From assembly GCF_900116635.1 (NCBI RefSeq), contig NZ_FPBJ01000002.1, positions 1 through 32,000 of the forward strand: a DNA stretch of 32,000 nucleotides, given 5' to 3'. A program made the position numbers and the translations under genes. The notes under the pieces are model-generated. The model made no database searches. It had not been told where the DNA came from and saw only the letters and a list, made by a program, of their open reading frames with translations. Within the stretch, counting starts at the first letter, position 1, and each line of letters begins with the position of its first letter. This document shows positions 11,893 through 22,334 of the stretch, in pieces. This DNA comes from Xenorhabdus koppenhoeferi (GTDB lineage Bacteria > Pseudomonadota > Gammaproteobacteria > Enterobacterales > Enterobacteriaceae).

Positions 11893-12441
11893 ATGAATGA
11901 TATTGACCATGATCGCCGAAAGTGGCTCGGCGTAAGCGTGGCCGCATTGGGGTTAAGTTTATTGCCTCAACATGCTTTGGCTGCATTGACAACCCCACGC
12001 CCCCGAATTTTACACTTTAATAACCTACATACGGGAGAAAAACTCAAAGCTGAATTCTTTGATGGTCGCCGTTATAACAAATCAGAATTATCCCGTTTGA
12101 ATTATTTATTTAGAGATTTTCGTCAAAATAAGATCAAAACGATTGATCCAAAATTATTTGACCAAATTTATTTATTACAGATGATTATGGGAATAAATAA
12201 ACCTGTTCAATTAGTTTCTGGCTATCGTTCATTAATGACAAATAATATGTTACGCCAAGCCAGTGGTAGAGTAGCAAAACATAGCTACCATACTCGTGGA
12301 CAAGCAATGGATTTTCATATTGATGGTATGCAACTTGAGAATATCCGTAAGGCAGCGCTGAAAATGGGAGCTGGAGGGGTCGGATTTTATCCAAAGAGTA
12401 ATTTTATTCATATTGATACAGGCCCGGTCAGGACGTGGTAA
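11893..12441 (+). CDS. mepK: peptidoglycan endopeptidase MepK (YcbK, peptidase M15 family, Tat signal)
   Basis: 182 aa with a twin-arginine motif (DRRKWLG), an AxA cleavage-like site and the C-terminal [11 protein letters not shown]...[12 protein letters not shown] typical of YcbK. Confidence 0.88.
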   Translation: MNDIDHDRRKWLGVSVAALGLSLLPQHALAALTTPRPRILHFNNLHTGEKLKAEFFDGRRYNKSELSRLNYLFRDFRQNKIKTIDPKLFDQIYLLQMIMGINKPVQLVSGYRSLMTNNMLRQASGRVAKHSYHTRGQAMDFHIDGMQLENIRKAALKMGAGGVGFYPKSNFIHIDTGPVRTW

Positions 12442-12481
12442 TCTTATACCTATAGTCTTGATTGTGGAGTCCAACAATATA

Positions 12482-13114
12482 ATGAAATACCACATTATCC
12501 CCGTCACAATGGCGATGCAAAATTGTACATTGATTTGGTGTGAGGAAACTCAGGAAGCGGCGATTGTAGATCCCGGCGGTAATGCTGAGCAGCTTATTGC
12601 CGAAATAGAGCGTCGTGAGTTGAAACTGACACAAATTTTGCTGACTCATGGTCACTATGATCACGTTGGTGCTGCCCTTGAAGTCTCCAGGCATTTTAAT
12701 GTACCTGTTTATGGGCCACATAAGGGAGATGCTTTTTGGATAGAAGGGCTGGAAATTCAATGTCAAATGTTTGGTGTTGAGCCATGTCCCTCTTTCACGC
12801 CGGATCGTTGGTTAGAGGAAGAAAATACGTTGCAAATTGGTAAGGTTGAATTGTCTGTTTTGCATTGTCCGGGGCACACGCCAGGGCATATTATCCTTGT
12901 TAATCATGCCGATAAATTAATCTCAATGGGAGATGTGTTGTTTAAAGGAAGTGTCGGTCGTACGGATTTTCCGGGTGGAAATTATGATGAATTGATTCAA
13001 TCCATTAAAGAGAAAGTACTGCCTTTGGGGGATGACTATCAATTCATTCCCGGTCACGGGCCGATGTCAACATTGGGATATGAACGGAAGACTAACCCTT
13101 TCCTGCAAGATTAA
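12482..13114 (+). CDS. gloC: metallo-beta-lactamase fold hydrolase GloC (YcbL, glyoxalase II-like)
   Basis: The ATG at 12482 gives MKYHIIPVT...; the metal-binding motif THGHYDHVG and the later HCPGHTPGH are present. The longer track ORF from 12413 overlaps mepK and has no support. Confidence 0.85.
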   Translation: MKYHIIPVTMAMQNCTLIWCEETQEAAIVDPGGNAEQLIAEIERRELKLTQILLTHGHYDHVGAALEVSRHFNVPVYGPHKGDAFWIEGLEIQCQMFGVEPCPSFTPDRWLEEENTLQIGKVELSVLHCPGHTPGHIILVNHADKLISMGDVLFKGSVGRTDFPGGNYDELIQSIKEKVLPLGDDYQFIPGHGPMSTLGYERKTNPFLQD

Positions 13115-13154
13115 TGAAATATGTTTTTCTTATCGTAATATTTTGTATTAAAAA

Positions 13155-13184
13155 GATAAAAGCCGCATTTCAGCGGCTTTTTAG
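13155..13184. terminator. bidirectional terminator between convergent gloC and aspC
   Basis: The agccgc-atttca-gcggct hairpin is flanked by an A-run on the 5' side and a T-run on the 3' side. Confidence 0.75.
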
Positions 13185-13210
13185 ATAATATATCAATACT
13201 CAGATAAAAC

Positions 13211-14401
13211 TTAGAGTACAGCAACGATAGCTTCACACAGAGGAACCATGTTCTCCAGTGTTAAACCTGCTACGTTAATACGACCAGAACTAACGGCGTA
13301 AATACCAAACTCTTCACGCAGACGATCAACCTGTTCTTTAGTCAGACCGCTGAATGAGAACATACCATTTTGAGAAATAATAAAGCTAAAATCTTGCTTC
13401 GCACCTTTTTCTTGCAAGGTGTTTACAAACAGTTGGCGCATACGTTGAATACGTTCACGCATTGTTGCTAATTCCTGAATCCACTCAGCTTTCAAATCAT
13501 CGTTGGACAGAATTGTTGTAACAACGGAAGCACCGTGTGCTGGTGGGTTGGAGTAATTGGTACGAACAATAGACTTTGCTTGGCTGAATGCTTTTTCTGC
13601 GGTATCGCTGTCTGTTGCAACGATGGTGCAGGCTCCAACACGCTCATTATACAGGCCGAAGTTTTTGGAATAAGAGCTGGCAACGATCAGTTCATTATGA
13701 TTCTTGGTAAAAATGCGCAGACCTTCTGCATCTTCATCTAATCCCTTGGCAAAACCTTGGTAAGCAAAGTCAAATACAGGCAACCAACCATTTGCAGCAG
13801 ATAAATCAGCCAGTTTCTGCCATTGTTCAGGTGTTGGATCGATACCGGTCGGGTTATGACAGCAGCCGTGCAACAGAATAATATCACCTGCTTGTGCTTC
13901 AGACAGGCTTGCTAACATGCCTTCAAAATTCAGCGCATGTTTTTCTGCATCGTAATAATTGTATTCGCGAATTTCTAAACCAGCGCTGGCAAAAACACCT
14001 TTATGGTTTGGCCAGGTGGGGTTGCTGATCCAGACACGTTTTGCATTGGTCTGTTTAGCAATAAAATCCGCGGCAGTGCGAAGTGCGCCAGTTCCGCCCG
14101 GGCTTTGTACAGTACGGGCACGCTTATCAGTTACGACAGGGCTGAATTTGCCAAAGAGCAGTTCTTGAGTGACACGGCCAAATTCAGGTAATCCGCTAAT
14201 TGCCAGATAATTTTTGGTGGTTTCGTTTTCCAGCAGGAATTTTTCTGCTTTTTTAACGGTGGTCAGAACAGGAGTTTTACCAGTTTCGTCTTTGTAGACT
14301 CCGATACCCAGGTTGATTTTATTTCCACGAGGGTCAGCTTTAAAACTATCAGCTAAACCAAGAATAGGATCGGCAGGCGCTGCTGTAATTTTCTCAAACA
14401 T
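13211..14401 (-). CDS. aspC: aspartate aminotransferase
   Basis: 396 aa. [16 protein letters not shown]...[14 protein letters not shown] contains the PLP-lysine motif and is collinear with E. coli AspC. Confidence 0.95.
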   Translation of the reverse strand: MFEKITAAPADPILGLADSFKADPRGNKINLGIGVYKDETGKTPVLTTVKKAEKFLLENETTKNYLAISGLPEFGRVTQELLFGKFSPVVTDKRARTVQSPGGTGALRTAADFIAKQTNAKRVWISNPTWPNHKGVFASAGLEIREYNYYDAEKHALNFEGMLASLSEAQAGDIILLHGCCHNPTGIDPTPEQWQKLADLSAANGWLPVFDFAYQGFAKGLDEDAEGLRIFTKNHNELIVASSYSKNFGLYNERVGACTIVATDSDTAEKAFSQAKSIVRTNYSNPPAHGASVVTTILSNDDLKAEWIQELATMRERIQRMRQLFVNTLQEKGAKQDFSFIISQNGMFSFSGLTKEQVDRLREEFGIYAVSSGRINVAGLTLENMVPLCEAIVAVL

Positions 14402-14566
14402 TTTTTTGATTCCAAGACTCGGAGAGTTAAGCCCAAAATAAGTTACATGCCGCTCAGGGTAACGCTAAGGAACTCATTTGCCAACTACTTGTAGCAAAAA
14501 GAATAAAATCTTGTGAAGTAGTTTACGGAGTGAGAAAAATAGTCCGAAAAAACAGGGAGGTAAAAT

Positions 14567-14591
14567 GCAAAAAGCAGCGCCGGAGCGCTGC
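14567..14591 (-). terminator. intrinsic terminator after the porin gene
   Basis: On the minus strand, gcagcgc-tccg-gcgctgc is followed by ttttt. It lies about 50 nt after the porin stop. Confidence 0.75.
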
Positions 14592-14643
14592 TTCTCTGAG
14601 ATAAATATGTTTAACTTTTTGCTAAACAGTTTATCAACAGTGA

Positions 14644-15768
14644 TTAGAACTGATAAGTCAGACCAACACCGAATACGTTGCGGGCGTTTGTATCGCCACC
14701 TTCTTTTTTGTCCAGCAGGTTGATTTTGTAATCAACATAGGTAGACAAATTTTTGTTGAAGTAGTAGTAAGAACCTACAGAAACATATTTAACCAGATCT
14801 GCGTTGAAACCTTTGGCACCGTTGTTACGCTTCAGATCCTTACCTTTAGACTGAACGTAAGCCAGAGATGGCTTCAGGCCAAAATCAGAGAACAGGTATT
14901 GTGCAACCAGTTCAAAGTTCTGAGTTTTATTTGCGACACCATCAAAGTAGTCAACTTTGCTTCTGCTTACATTTCCACCAGCACCGGGAGTCATATTACG
15001 GGTTTCGCCGTACATAGCTGCCAGATATACGTTGTTAGCATCGTATTTAGCACCGATGTTCCATGCTTCAGCACGCTTACCGTGAGCATCACTGGTATTC
15101 CATTTATGACCACGAGTAGAGTTAGCGTAAGAACCACCAACAGTGATACCGTAACCTACGTCATAAGTGGTAGCCAAACCGTAACCGTCACCATTTGCAG
15201 TAGCGCCTTTGCGATTATCTTTGGTGCGCTCGCTGTTCTGGCCTTGGTATTGCAGAGCAAAGTTCAGGCCGTCAACCAGACCGAAGAAATCAGTGTTACG
15301 GTATGTAAGCAGGCCAGTAGCACGGCCAGTCATGTAGTTATCAGTGTGAGCCATGGAGTCACCACCAAAGATTGGCAGCACGTCAGTCCATGCGTTGACA
15401 TCGTAGTTTACGCCGTAGTTACGGCCGTAATCCAATGAACCGTAGTTAGCGAATTTCAAGCCAGCGAAAGCCAGACGAGTATAAGCAGTACCGTCGCTGT
15501 TAGCTTCTGTTTTATGAGCTTTCAGATTGTATTCCCAACGACCGAAACCAGTCAGTTGGTCAGAGATCTGAGTTTCGCCTTTGATGCCGATACGAGCATA
15601 AGAAGCATCGCCGTCTTCGCTGCTTCTTTTATCTGCGATTTGGTGACGAACGTCTACTTTACCGTACAGATCCAGTTTGTTGCCATCTTTGTTAAAAATC
15701 TCAGCTGCGTTTGCTGTGCCAGCAACCAGCAGAGCTGGGATTACCACTGCAAGAATATTGCGCTTCAT
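14644..15768 (-). CDS. ompF: general diffusion porin of the OmpF/OmpC/PhoE family
   Basis: The ATG at 15768 gives the signal peptide [21 protein letters not shown] followed by [17 protein letters not shown], and the protein ends ...GVGLTYQF. The ompF symbol is assigned only because the gene neighbours aspC; the upstream OmpR-like box looks more like the one at ompC. Confidence 0.88.
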   Translation of the reverse strand: MKRNILAVVIPALLVAGTANAAEIFNKDGNKLDLYGKVDVRHQIADKRSSEDGDASYARIGIKGETQISDQLTGFGRWEYNLKAHKTEANSDGTAYTRLAFAGLKFANYGSLDYGRNYGVNYDVNAWTDVLPIFGGDSMAHTDNYMTGRATGLLTYRNTDFFGLVDGLNFALQYQGQNSERTKDNRKGATANGDGYGLATTYDVGYGITVGGSYANSTRGHKWNTSDAHGKRAEAWNIGAKYDANNVYLAAMYGETRNMTPGAGGNVSRSKVDYFDGVANKTQNFELVAQYLFSDFGLKPSLAYVQSKGKDLKRNNGAKGFNADLVKYVSVGSYYYFNKNLSTYVDYKINLLDKKEGGDTNARNVFGVGLTYQF

Positions 15769-15899
15769 TATTATTACCCTCATTGGTGTTATCCAGACAC
15801 TTGTTACTGTCAAAAATAGAACACTAAAAATTTTTGGAACTATTTGTAGGTATCGAGTGTCTTATTAATTGGCGATCAGTGTTCCATTGGTAATGAATT

Positions 15900-15975
15900 T
15901 TATCTACCCTCAAAATGCTACAAAAGTGCAAAATAAGTAACAAAGGGAAAATAGATATTTCAAAATGTAAATATC
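15900..15975 (-). promoter_or_regulatory. putative OmpR-binding region of the porin promoter
   Basis: The minus strand reads ATTTACATTTTGAAATATCTAT (15952-15971 core) followed by TGTTAC/TGTAGC repeats. This resembles the E. coli ompC C1 box TTTACATTTTGAAACATCTA as I recall it, and it lies about 185-200 nt upstream of the ATG. Confidence 0.5.
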
Positions 15976-16004
15976 AGGGAACTTTTTTCGCGCAGTTTTC
16001 GCTG

Positions 16005-16230
16005 TTGTCTGGTCCTGATATACGTTGACACTTATTTTATTTAACGCCTGATGATGTACTTCATCGGACGTTTTATATGTCAGGGCTAAGTGAGGTCTGT
16101 ACCGATTATAGATACCTGTCGATTCACTTACCATTTTCGTCGCTTCTTTCAGGTCAGTGGGTTTACAGCGTAAAAATTCGGTTTTCAGTTATATTATTTT
16201 GCCGGTTGCCTTGATGCCCAAACAGGAATC
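16005..16230 (-). pseudogene. C-terminal fragment of an IS3-family (rve integrase core) transposase
   Basis: The minus strand translates to ...LGIKATGKII*LKTEFLRCKPTDLKEATKMVSESTGIYNRYRPHLALTYKTSDEVH. The LKxEF...YNxxRPHxxLxYxTPxE pattern marks the end of DDE/rve transposases. The fragment has an in-frame stop, an internal deletion, no N-terminal part and no visible inverted repeats. Confidence 0.6.
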
Positions 16231-16325
16231 AATTTATGTGGCAGCTTATTCGTAATGTGAAAATTTTTTTGAAAAGAGCTTCGTTAACGACTTTGAGAGA
16301 AATGAGAAATATAAAAGTCTCACCA

Positions 16326-16931
16326 TTATGACAAACTATTTAGCTTAATGCGCCATTTTTTCGGCATTTTGCGATAGTTAGAATATCCTGCGTCAGCAGT
16401 TTTGCAAAGAGATAACAAAGAGATAATGATGACATCTTCAATATCTCTTTTCACTAATAGTTTACTGAGACATCCTTCAAGGATGAGTTCCATCTGTTTC
16501 GCTATTTGCTCGTTATAGTCTATATCGAGTTGTTGCAATAACGCTGATGTGAAATGGAAAGAGTTTTGTTTTTGCAGCTCTGCCAATTGGTGAATCGGAT
16601 GATCTATGTCAGGGAAAGCGCTGCAAGCAGCAATAAACAAACAGCCCGGATAGCGTTGTTCCTGCACTTTTTCTTGAAGGGTATCGTAACGCGCCAATAA
16701 TTTTTGTTCAGGGCTTAGCATTTCGTCCAGCAGGATTTGGCGCTGCCAAATTTCAATCTGCTGACTGTGATAACGCAAGCAGTCATAGAGCAGAGCTTCT
16801 CGGTCAGGCCAAAAATTTTTTATATGGCCCATATCAATGTCAAGGGGAGTTAAAAGTGTCTCCAATGATGCAGACAGGCCATATTGTTCCAGTAAGTTCA
16901 GGACATGGCTAAGCACATATTCGCGTTGCAC
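16326..16931 (-). CDS. yjdC: TetR-family regulator YjdC-like, with probable C-terminal frameshift
   Basis: MQREYVLSHVLNLLEQYG...RYPGCLFIAAC...HPIHQLAELQK...AKQMELILEGCLS is collinear with E. coli YjdC as recalled. After ...RDIEDV the annotated frame diverges. A different frame ending at 16340 reads FAKLLTQDILTIAKCRKNGALS*, which resembles the recalled E. coli end [20 protein letters not shown]. Confidence 0.8.
   Translation of the reverse strand: MQREYVLSHVLNLLEQYGLSASLETLLTPLDIDMGHIKNFWPDREALLYDCLRYHSQQIEIWQRQILLDEMLSPEQKLLARYDTLQEKVQEQRYPGCLFIAACSAFPDIDHPIHQLAELQKQNSFHFTSALLQQLDIDYNEQIAKQMELILEGCLSKLLVKRDIEDVIIISLLSLCKTADAGYSNYRKMPKKWRIKLNSLS
16405..16426. repeat. perfect 11-bp tandem duplication (caaagagataa x2) inside yjdC
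   Basis: Read directly from the sequence. It lies at the point where the yjdC frame loses similarity. Confidence 0.95.
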
Positions 16932-16949
16932 AAGGGTTCTCCTTTTAGG

Positions 16950-18734
16950 TTACTTTTGTTGTATACCCTTTGGGTATATGTGCTGTACGTGTTGGCTAAA
17001 GCGTTCCGCATTCATGAATCCATTGACTCGCGAATCGGTTATTTCATTGCCTTGAACATCAAAAAACAAAATAGTGGGAAGCCCCAATACCTTCAATTTT
17101 TGCAGTAATTCTTTCTGTTTTGGCCCGTTATCCGTGACATCTGCCTGTAGCATAAGGAATTGGCTCAATTGTGTCTGTACTTGTGGGTCACTGAAAGTAT
17201 ATTTTTCAAACTCTTTGCAGGCAGCGCACCAGTCAGCGTACAAATCCAACATGATCGGTTGATGGCGATTTTCAGCTAAAATTTGGCTTAATTCTTGCCA
17301 ATCATTTATTCGCTGGAATTTTATTGCTGTTTTTTGTTGCCCTATTGTAGGGGTTCCCCATACCCAATCTTGTAAAGGGCGCGCAGCAATAAGGGCCAGA
17401 GCCAGTAAAATTATCTGTAAGGTACGAAGCCAGCCTTTTTTGCTGTGCAACGTTATTGCGAAAGTCCAAATAAGGAAAGCAATCGCCAACATGCTCCATA
17501 ATCGGACCCCCCATGTATCGCCAAGTACCCGTTCCAGCAAGAATACTGGCAGCGCCAGAATAATGAATCCGAAAGCTTCCTTAACGTACTGCATCCACGG
17601 GCCACTGCGAGGCAGGAGTTTATGACCGAATAACGTGACAGCAATAAGCGGCAAGCCCATACCAAATGCGTAGAGATAAAGGGTCAGGCCGCCAACCAGT
17701 GTATTACCACTTTGGGCAATATAGAGCAAGATGGCACTGAGTGGTGCGGTGGTGCAGGGGGAAGCAATAAGCCCTGCCAAGGCCCCCATAAAAAATACGC
17801 CAATGTAAGAACCACTTTGTTGTTGATTGCTCCAATCTACCAAGCGAGTTTGGACAGAAGAAGGAAGTTGCAGTGAATATAATCCAAACATAGATAAGGC
17901 CAGCAAAATAAACAGTACTGATAGCCCGATCAGAATATAAGGGTTTTGCAGGGCCGCCTGAAATTGTAAACCGGCAGCAGCAACGACCAACCCAAGTATC
18001 GTATAAGTGAGTGCCATCCCTTGGACATAGCTTACGGCAAGCCAAAAGATTCGTTTCATACTTTCGGGGCGTTTCTGGCCCAGAATTATGCTGGAAATCA
18101 GTGGATACATCGGCAGTATACAAGGAGTAAAAGCGATGCCAATGCCAATCAACAAAGCCCATAGCGGTGAGAATGGAACATCATGATCTTTGGTCTGGAT
18201 ATCTTTCTGTTGCAGCTGAGCTTTTGAAGATACTGTTTCTTGAGATGTTGCTATATCTGATGATGCTACGGTTTCGTTATTGGGTGATGTTGAAGCAATA
18301 ACGGCTTGTAATGGCACGCTCAGGGTTTCTGGAGGATAACAATAACCCGCTTCAGCACATCCCTGATAAGTCACCTGGAGAGAAGAATCATTGGTGGCGG
18401 ATAGTATAGGGATATCGATACGTGCTGATTGAAAATAAACTTCGGTTTTACCAAAAAACTCATCTTCATGTTCAACCCCTTTAGCATACGCAGGATTACC
18501 TAACGATGTTTGCTTGGGGGTGATACTGAACTGTTTTCGATAGAGGTAATAACCGGGCTTGATATCCCAGTTCAGCGTGAGTTTATTCCCTTGTTGCTGA
18601 AAATCAAACATAAATGCCTGATCAGCAGGAAGGTAGAAATTTTGCGTTGGTTGTTCAAACAGTGCGCTGGCCTTGATAGGAGAAAGAGCGATACTGATGA
18701 ACAGCAAAAACATCATGAGAATACGTTTCATCAT
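16950..18734 (-). CDS. dsbD: thiol:disulfide interchange protein DsbD (DipZ)
   Basis: The start is taken at the ATGATG giving [24 protein letters not shown]. The protein has an N-terminal domain with [14 protein letters not shown], a membrane core with [12 protein letters not shown] and SPCTTAPL, and a C-terminal thioredoxin motif WCAACK. The track extension to 18794 uses a GTG and has no support. Confidence 0.92.
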   Translation of the reverse strand: MMKRILMMFLLFISIALSPIKASALFEQPTQNFYLPADQAFMFDFQQQGNKLTLNWDIKPGYYLYRKQFSITPKQTSLGNPAYAKGVEHEDEFFGKTEVYFQSARIDIPILSATNDSSLQVTYQGCAEAGYCYPPETLSVPLQAVIASTSPNNETVASSDIATSQETVSSKAQLQQKDIQTKDHDVPFSPLWALLIGIGIAFTPCILPMYPLISSIILGQKRPESMKRIFWLAVSYVQGMALTYTILGLVVAAAGLQFQAALQNPYILIGLSVLFILLALSMFGLYSLQLPSSVQTRLVDWSNQQQSGSYIGVFFMGALAGLIASPCTTAPLSAILLYIAQSGNTLVGGLTLYLYAFGMGLPLIAVTLFGHKLLPRSGPWMQYVKEAFGFIILALPVFLLERVLGDTWGVRLWSMLAIAFLIWTFAITLHSKKGWLRTLQIILLALALIAARPLQDWVWGTPTIGQQKTAIKFQRINDWQELSQILAENRHQPIMLDLYADWCAACKEFEKYTFSDPQVQTQLSQFLMLQADVTDNGPKQKELLQKLKVLGLPTILFFDVQGNEITDSRVNGFMNAERFSQHVQHIYPKGIQQK

Positions 18735-18944
18735 AAGTAATTTTGATCTGCCTGTATCGTGGGTTTGATTTGTAAAATTTATCAGACTCTGCACTATAAC
18801 CGATGATACCTATGGTAGGAAGTCACTTGCCTAATATTAAGACAATGTTGTGTTTTTGACAGGAAAAGATTTTAAGGCAGAAATACTTCAGGGACATTAT
18901 GATCAGCCCCTGAAATAACGTTTTCAAATAATATTACCTTTATC

Positions 18945-19104
18945 TTTCAAGCTGTAATTCGAAATCTATTGGGCATATACCTGTCGCCTTTCAAGTTGCA
19001 GCTTTGTTGGCTGCGCTCACTCACCCCGGTCACATAGTTATCTATGCTCCAGGGGATTCGTTCCTTGCCGTCGCGCTGCATCTTGAAATCCAATGGGCAT
19101 AGAT
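18945..19104. repeat. ERIC (IRU)-type intergenic repeat element
   Basis: The core cgctcactcaccccggtcacatagttatctatgctccaggggattcg matches the reverse complement of the ERIC consensus core (GTGAATCCCCAGGAGCTTACAT..GTGACTGGGGTGAGCG) as recalled. It is flanked by ttcaagttgcagc / gctgcatcttgaa inverted arms. Confidence 0.75.
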
Positions 19105-19113
19105 ATTGCGAAA

Positions 19114-20415
19114 CTACAAGATCATGCCGCCAAACAGGAAACCGAATGACACGGCCAAGATAACGGAGATAGTGCCCGGAATAAAGAATGGATGATTGAA
19201 TATAAAACGCCCGATACGGGTAGTTCCGGTATCATCCATCTGTACGGCGGCAACCAGTGTTGGGTAAGTCGGCAGGATAAACAGGCCAGAAACCGCAGAG
19301 AAAGAAGCCAGCGCTGTCAGTGGTGTGACATGCAGGGCTAATGCCATTGGCATCAGGGCCTTTGCTGTCGCTGCCTGTGAATAGAGCAGGGCTGAACAGA
19401 AGAAGAAAATGACTGCCAGCAACCAAGGTTGGGCATGAATCAAACTTCCCGCTGTTTCTTTGATCCAGTCAATATTAGCCTGTACAAAAGTATCCCCCAG
19501 CCATGCAACCCCTAAAATACAGATACATGCACTCATACCTGCTTTAAAGGTACTTGAGTTCAGGATGGCATCGGTATCAACGGAGCAAATGATGGTAGTG
19601 AGGGTGGCAATACCGAGCATGATGATCAAAATCGCATTGGTGGTGTTCATCAATGGTTTTTCAACTAAGCCGACACACTGACTATTGATAATCGCATAAA
19701 TGACAACACCAACGACACCTATCAAGAAGAGCAGAACGGATAGCTTTGCTTTAGGTTTGATTTGGAGCTGGCTGGCTCCACGCATTTCGACCAGACCATC
19801 AGTAAGGCGTTTTTGGTAGATAGGATCATTTGACAGCCTGGCATCAAAAAACCATGAAATGATGAATGACATGAGGAGGATGGCACAGAATGTTGAGGGC
19901 AATAACACCATAAGTAAATGGATATAACTGATGCCTTGTGTTTCCATGACGGATGCCATGTAAACGACTGCTGCCGAAATAGGGGACGCAGTGATCCCGA
20001 TTTGGGCTGCAACAACAGCGGTAGAGAGTGGGCGGCATGGTTTTATGCCTTGTTCTTTGGCGACTTCTGCAATAACTGGCAATGTTGCCAGTGAAATGTT
20101 CCCCGTACCTGCAAATAATGTCAGGAAATAAGTGACGATAGGCGCAAGAATTGTGATGTATTTCGGATTTCTGCGGAGTAGTTTTTCTGTTTGCTGGACC
20201 AGATAATCCAGCCCCCCTGCTACTTGCATCGCTGATATCGCAGCAATAACGGCCATAATAATTGAGATAACGTCAAACGGAATATCCCCTGGTTTAACAC
20301 CGATAGCGGCAAGGATTAAAACCCCGAGACCACCTGCAAAACCAATGCCTATTCCCCCTAATCTTGCCCCAAGAAAAATGGCCAGCAGAACAATAACCAA
20401 TTCTATGGCTAACAT
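19114..20415 (-). CDS. dcuA: anaerobic C4-dicarboxylate transporter DcuA
   Basis: 433 aa polytopic membrane protein starting MLAIELVIVLLAIFLGARLGGIGIGFAGGLGV, typical of DcuA. It lies directly downstream of aspA as in E. coli. Confidence 0.93.
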   Translation of the reverse strand: MLAIELVIVLLAIFLGARLGGIGIGFAGGLGVLILAAIGVKPGDIPFDVISIIMAVIAAISAMQVAGGLDYLVQQTEKLLRRNPKYITILAPIVTYFLTLFAGTGNISLATLPVIAEVAKEQGIKPCRPLSTAVVAAQIGITASPISAAVVYMASVMETQGISYIHLLMVLLPSTFCAILLMSFIISWFFDARLSNDPIYQKRLTDGLVEMRGASQLQIKPKAKLSVLLFLIGVVGVVIYAIINSQCVGLVEKPLMNTTNAILIIMLGIATLTTIICSVDTDAILNSSTFKAGMSACICILGVAWLGDTFVQANIDWIKETAGSLIHAQPWLLAVIFFFCSALLYSQAATAKALMPMALALHVTPLTALASFSAVSGLFILPTYPTLVAAVQMDDTGTTRIGRFIFNHPFFIPGTISVILAVSFGFLFGGMIL

Positions 20416-20482
20416 GTTAAATACTCCTTCATTTATTTGGTCTTATGAAAATCTATGGTTAATACTTTGTGTTTGCTGCAAA

Positions 20483-20519
20483 TTAAAAAGGCACGCTTCC
20501 GGTTGGAATTGCGTGCCTT
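20483..20519 (-). terminator. intrinsic terminator after aspA
   Basis: A 9-bp stem (aaggcacgc / gcgtgcctt) has a T-run on the minus strand (ctttttaatt). Confidence 0.8.
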
Positions 20520-20555
20520 AAAAATTAAGACAACCTCGTTATTATAATCATTTAA

Positions 20556-21980
20556 TTAGTCATCAAAACGTTTTGCTTTATATATTGGATGTTTTAGGTT
20601 CTCAACGGAGAAAATATCGTCTAATTCTGTCTCTGTCAGCAAACCGCGTTCCAGCACAACTTCACGGACACTCTTGCCGGTTTCAGCGCAGATCTTGCCC
20701 ACGATATCGCCATTGTGGTGGCCAATAAATGGGTTCAGATAAGTGACGATACCGATAGAGTTGAAAACAAAGCTTTCGCACACTTCTTTATTGGCAGTAA
20801 TGCCGTTAACACATTTTTCAACCAGATTACGGCCTGCGCTGCTCAGGATCGACATTGATTCAAACATCGCCTGACCAATCGCTGGTTCCATGACGTTAAG
20901 CTGCAACTGGCCTGCTTCTGCTGCCATTGTGATACAAATATCGTTGCCAATAACCTTGAAACAAACCTGGTTAACAACTTCTGGAACAACTGGGTTTACT
21001 TTAGCTGGCATGATAGAAGAGCCAGCCTGCAATTCTGGCAGATTGATTTCATTCAAGCCAGCACGAGGACCGGAAGAAAGCAGACGCAAGTCGTTACAAA
21101 TTTTGGACATCTTAACAGCCAGACGTTTCAACGCACCGTGAACCATAACGTAAGCGCCACAGTCAGAAGTGGCTTCTATCAAATCTTCTGCTGGAACACA
21201 AGGTAATCCTGTGACTTCGGCCAGTTTTTCAACTACCAATTTCTGGTAACCTGGAGCAGTGTTCAAGCCTGTACCGATAGCCGTTGCGCCGAGGTTTACT
21301 TCCAGCAGCAGTTCTGCCGTACGGGTGATATTCTTAATTTCTTCTTTCAGCAACATGGAGAAAGCGCGGAATTCTTGTCCCAGAGTCATTGGAACAGCAT
21401 CTTGCAGCTGGGTACGGCCCATTTTCAGGATATCGTCGAATTCAACACCTTTCTTGTCAAAGCCTGCTTTCAACAACTCAATAGAATCAATTAATTGCAT
21501 CAGTGAGTTATAGACAGCAACACGGAAACCAGTAGGGTAAGCATCGTTGGTTGATTGGCTTTTATTCAGGTGATCATTGGGATTCAGATACTCATATTCA
21601 CCTTTTGGATAACCCATCAATTCCAGGCCGATATTTGCCAATACTTCATTGGTATTCATGTTCAGTGAAGTACCAGCGCCACCCTGAAAGACATCAACAG
21701 GGAATTGATCCATACATTTGCCTGTGTTGAGCACTTCATCACATGCTTTGACAATAATGTCCGCAATTTTTCCAGGGATAGTATGAAGTTCTTTGTTCGC
21801 CAGTGCTGCTGCTTTCTTCACCATTACCATGCCACGGATGAACTCAGGGACATCGTTGATAGTACGGTCACTGATATAGAAGTTTTCAATCGCACGTAGA
21901 GTGTGAATACCGTAGTAGGCTTCACCGGGGACTTCTCGTTTACCTAACAGGTCTTCTTCGATACGAATGTTGTTTGACAT
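20556..21980 (-). CDS. aspA: aspartate ammonia-lyase (aspartase)
   Basis: 474 aa. [17 protein letters not shown]... is present with the fumarate-lyase signature [11 protein letters not shown], and the sequence is nearly collinear with E. coli AspA. Confidence 0.97.
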   Translation of the reverse strand: MSNNIRIEEDLLGKREVPGEAYYGIHTLRAIENFYISDRTINDVPEFIRGMVMVKKAAALANKELHTIPGKIADIIVKACDEVLNTGKCMDQFPVDVFQGGAGTSLNMNTNEVLANIGLELMGYPKGEYEYLNPNDHLNKSQSTNDAYPTGFRVAVYNSLMQLIDSIELLKAGFDKKGVEFDDILKMGRTQLQDAVPMTLGQEFRAFSMLLKEEIKNITRTAELLLEVNLGATAIGTGLNTAPGYQKLVVEKLAEVTGLPCVPAEDLIEATSDCGAYVMVHGALKRLAVKMSKICNDLRLLSSGPRAGLNEINLPELQAGSSIMPAKVNPVVPEVVNQVCFKVIGNDICITMAAEAGQLQLNVMEPAIGQAMFESMSILSSAGRNLVEKCVNGITANKEVCESFVFNSIGIVTYLNPFIGHHNGDIVGKICAETGKSVREVVLERGLLTETELDDIFSVENLKHPIYKAKRFDD

Positions 21981-22175
21981 GAGAACCTTCTTAAATTAGA
22001 TACGTTTTTTTACTGTTCTATTACGTGTTTGTTGAGAATTAACGTTACCGGCAACAATTGGCGTGATATTAATTACTTATCACGAAATTGCCGGCGCAAT
22101 CATATGTTGATTTATTAGAAATGCCTTGAACTTGGATCACTTTATAGTGCTATTTTATTAATGAAATAACATATA

Positions 22176-22191
22176 TGTGACCTAAATCACG
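22176..22191. promoter_or_regulatory. CRP-like site TGTGAcctaaaTCACg
   Basis: It matches TGTGA-N6-TCACA at 9 of 10 core positions and lies in the aspA/fxsA divergent region. aspA is CRP-activated in E. coli. Confidence 0.5.
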
Positions 22192-22334
22192 ATTACTTGT
22201 GTGGAAAGTGAAGTATCCGACGTATTGAAAACCGTTACTGTTACCCCCACATTACGTGATCTAATCCCATATTGTCTGATTTCGCATAATGTGAATGATA
22301 AATAATGTGGACTAAATAATGAAAGGAGAACCAC

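Noticed and set aside
14565-14735. A 56-codon plus-strand ORF (MQKAAPERCFSEINMF...) preceded by a strong-looking AGGGAGG Shine-Dalgarno.
   Set aside because: Its ATG and first codons are the porin terminator hairpin itself, and the rest is antisense to the porin 3' end. The peptide is not recognisable, so the SD is probably coincidental.
14899-15438. A 179-aa ORF antisense to the porin gene.
   Set aside because: This is a typical long shadow ORF opposite a highly expressed gene with biased codon usage. It has no independent signals.
17704-18162. A 152-aa alternative-frame ORF on the dsbD strand.
   Set aside because: It lies entirely inside the conserved DsbD membrane core in another frame and shows no similarity pattern.
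22126-22140. TTGAACTTGGATCAC, considered as an FNR site for aspA.
   Set aside because: The half-site spacing and the right half-site do not fit TTGAT-N4-ATCAA.
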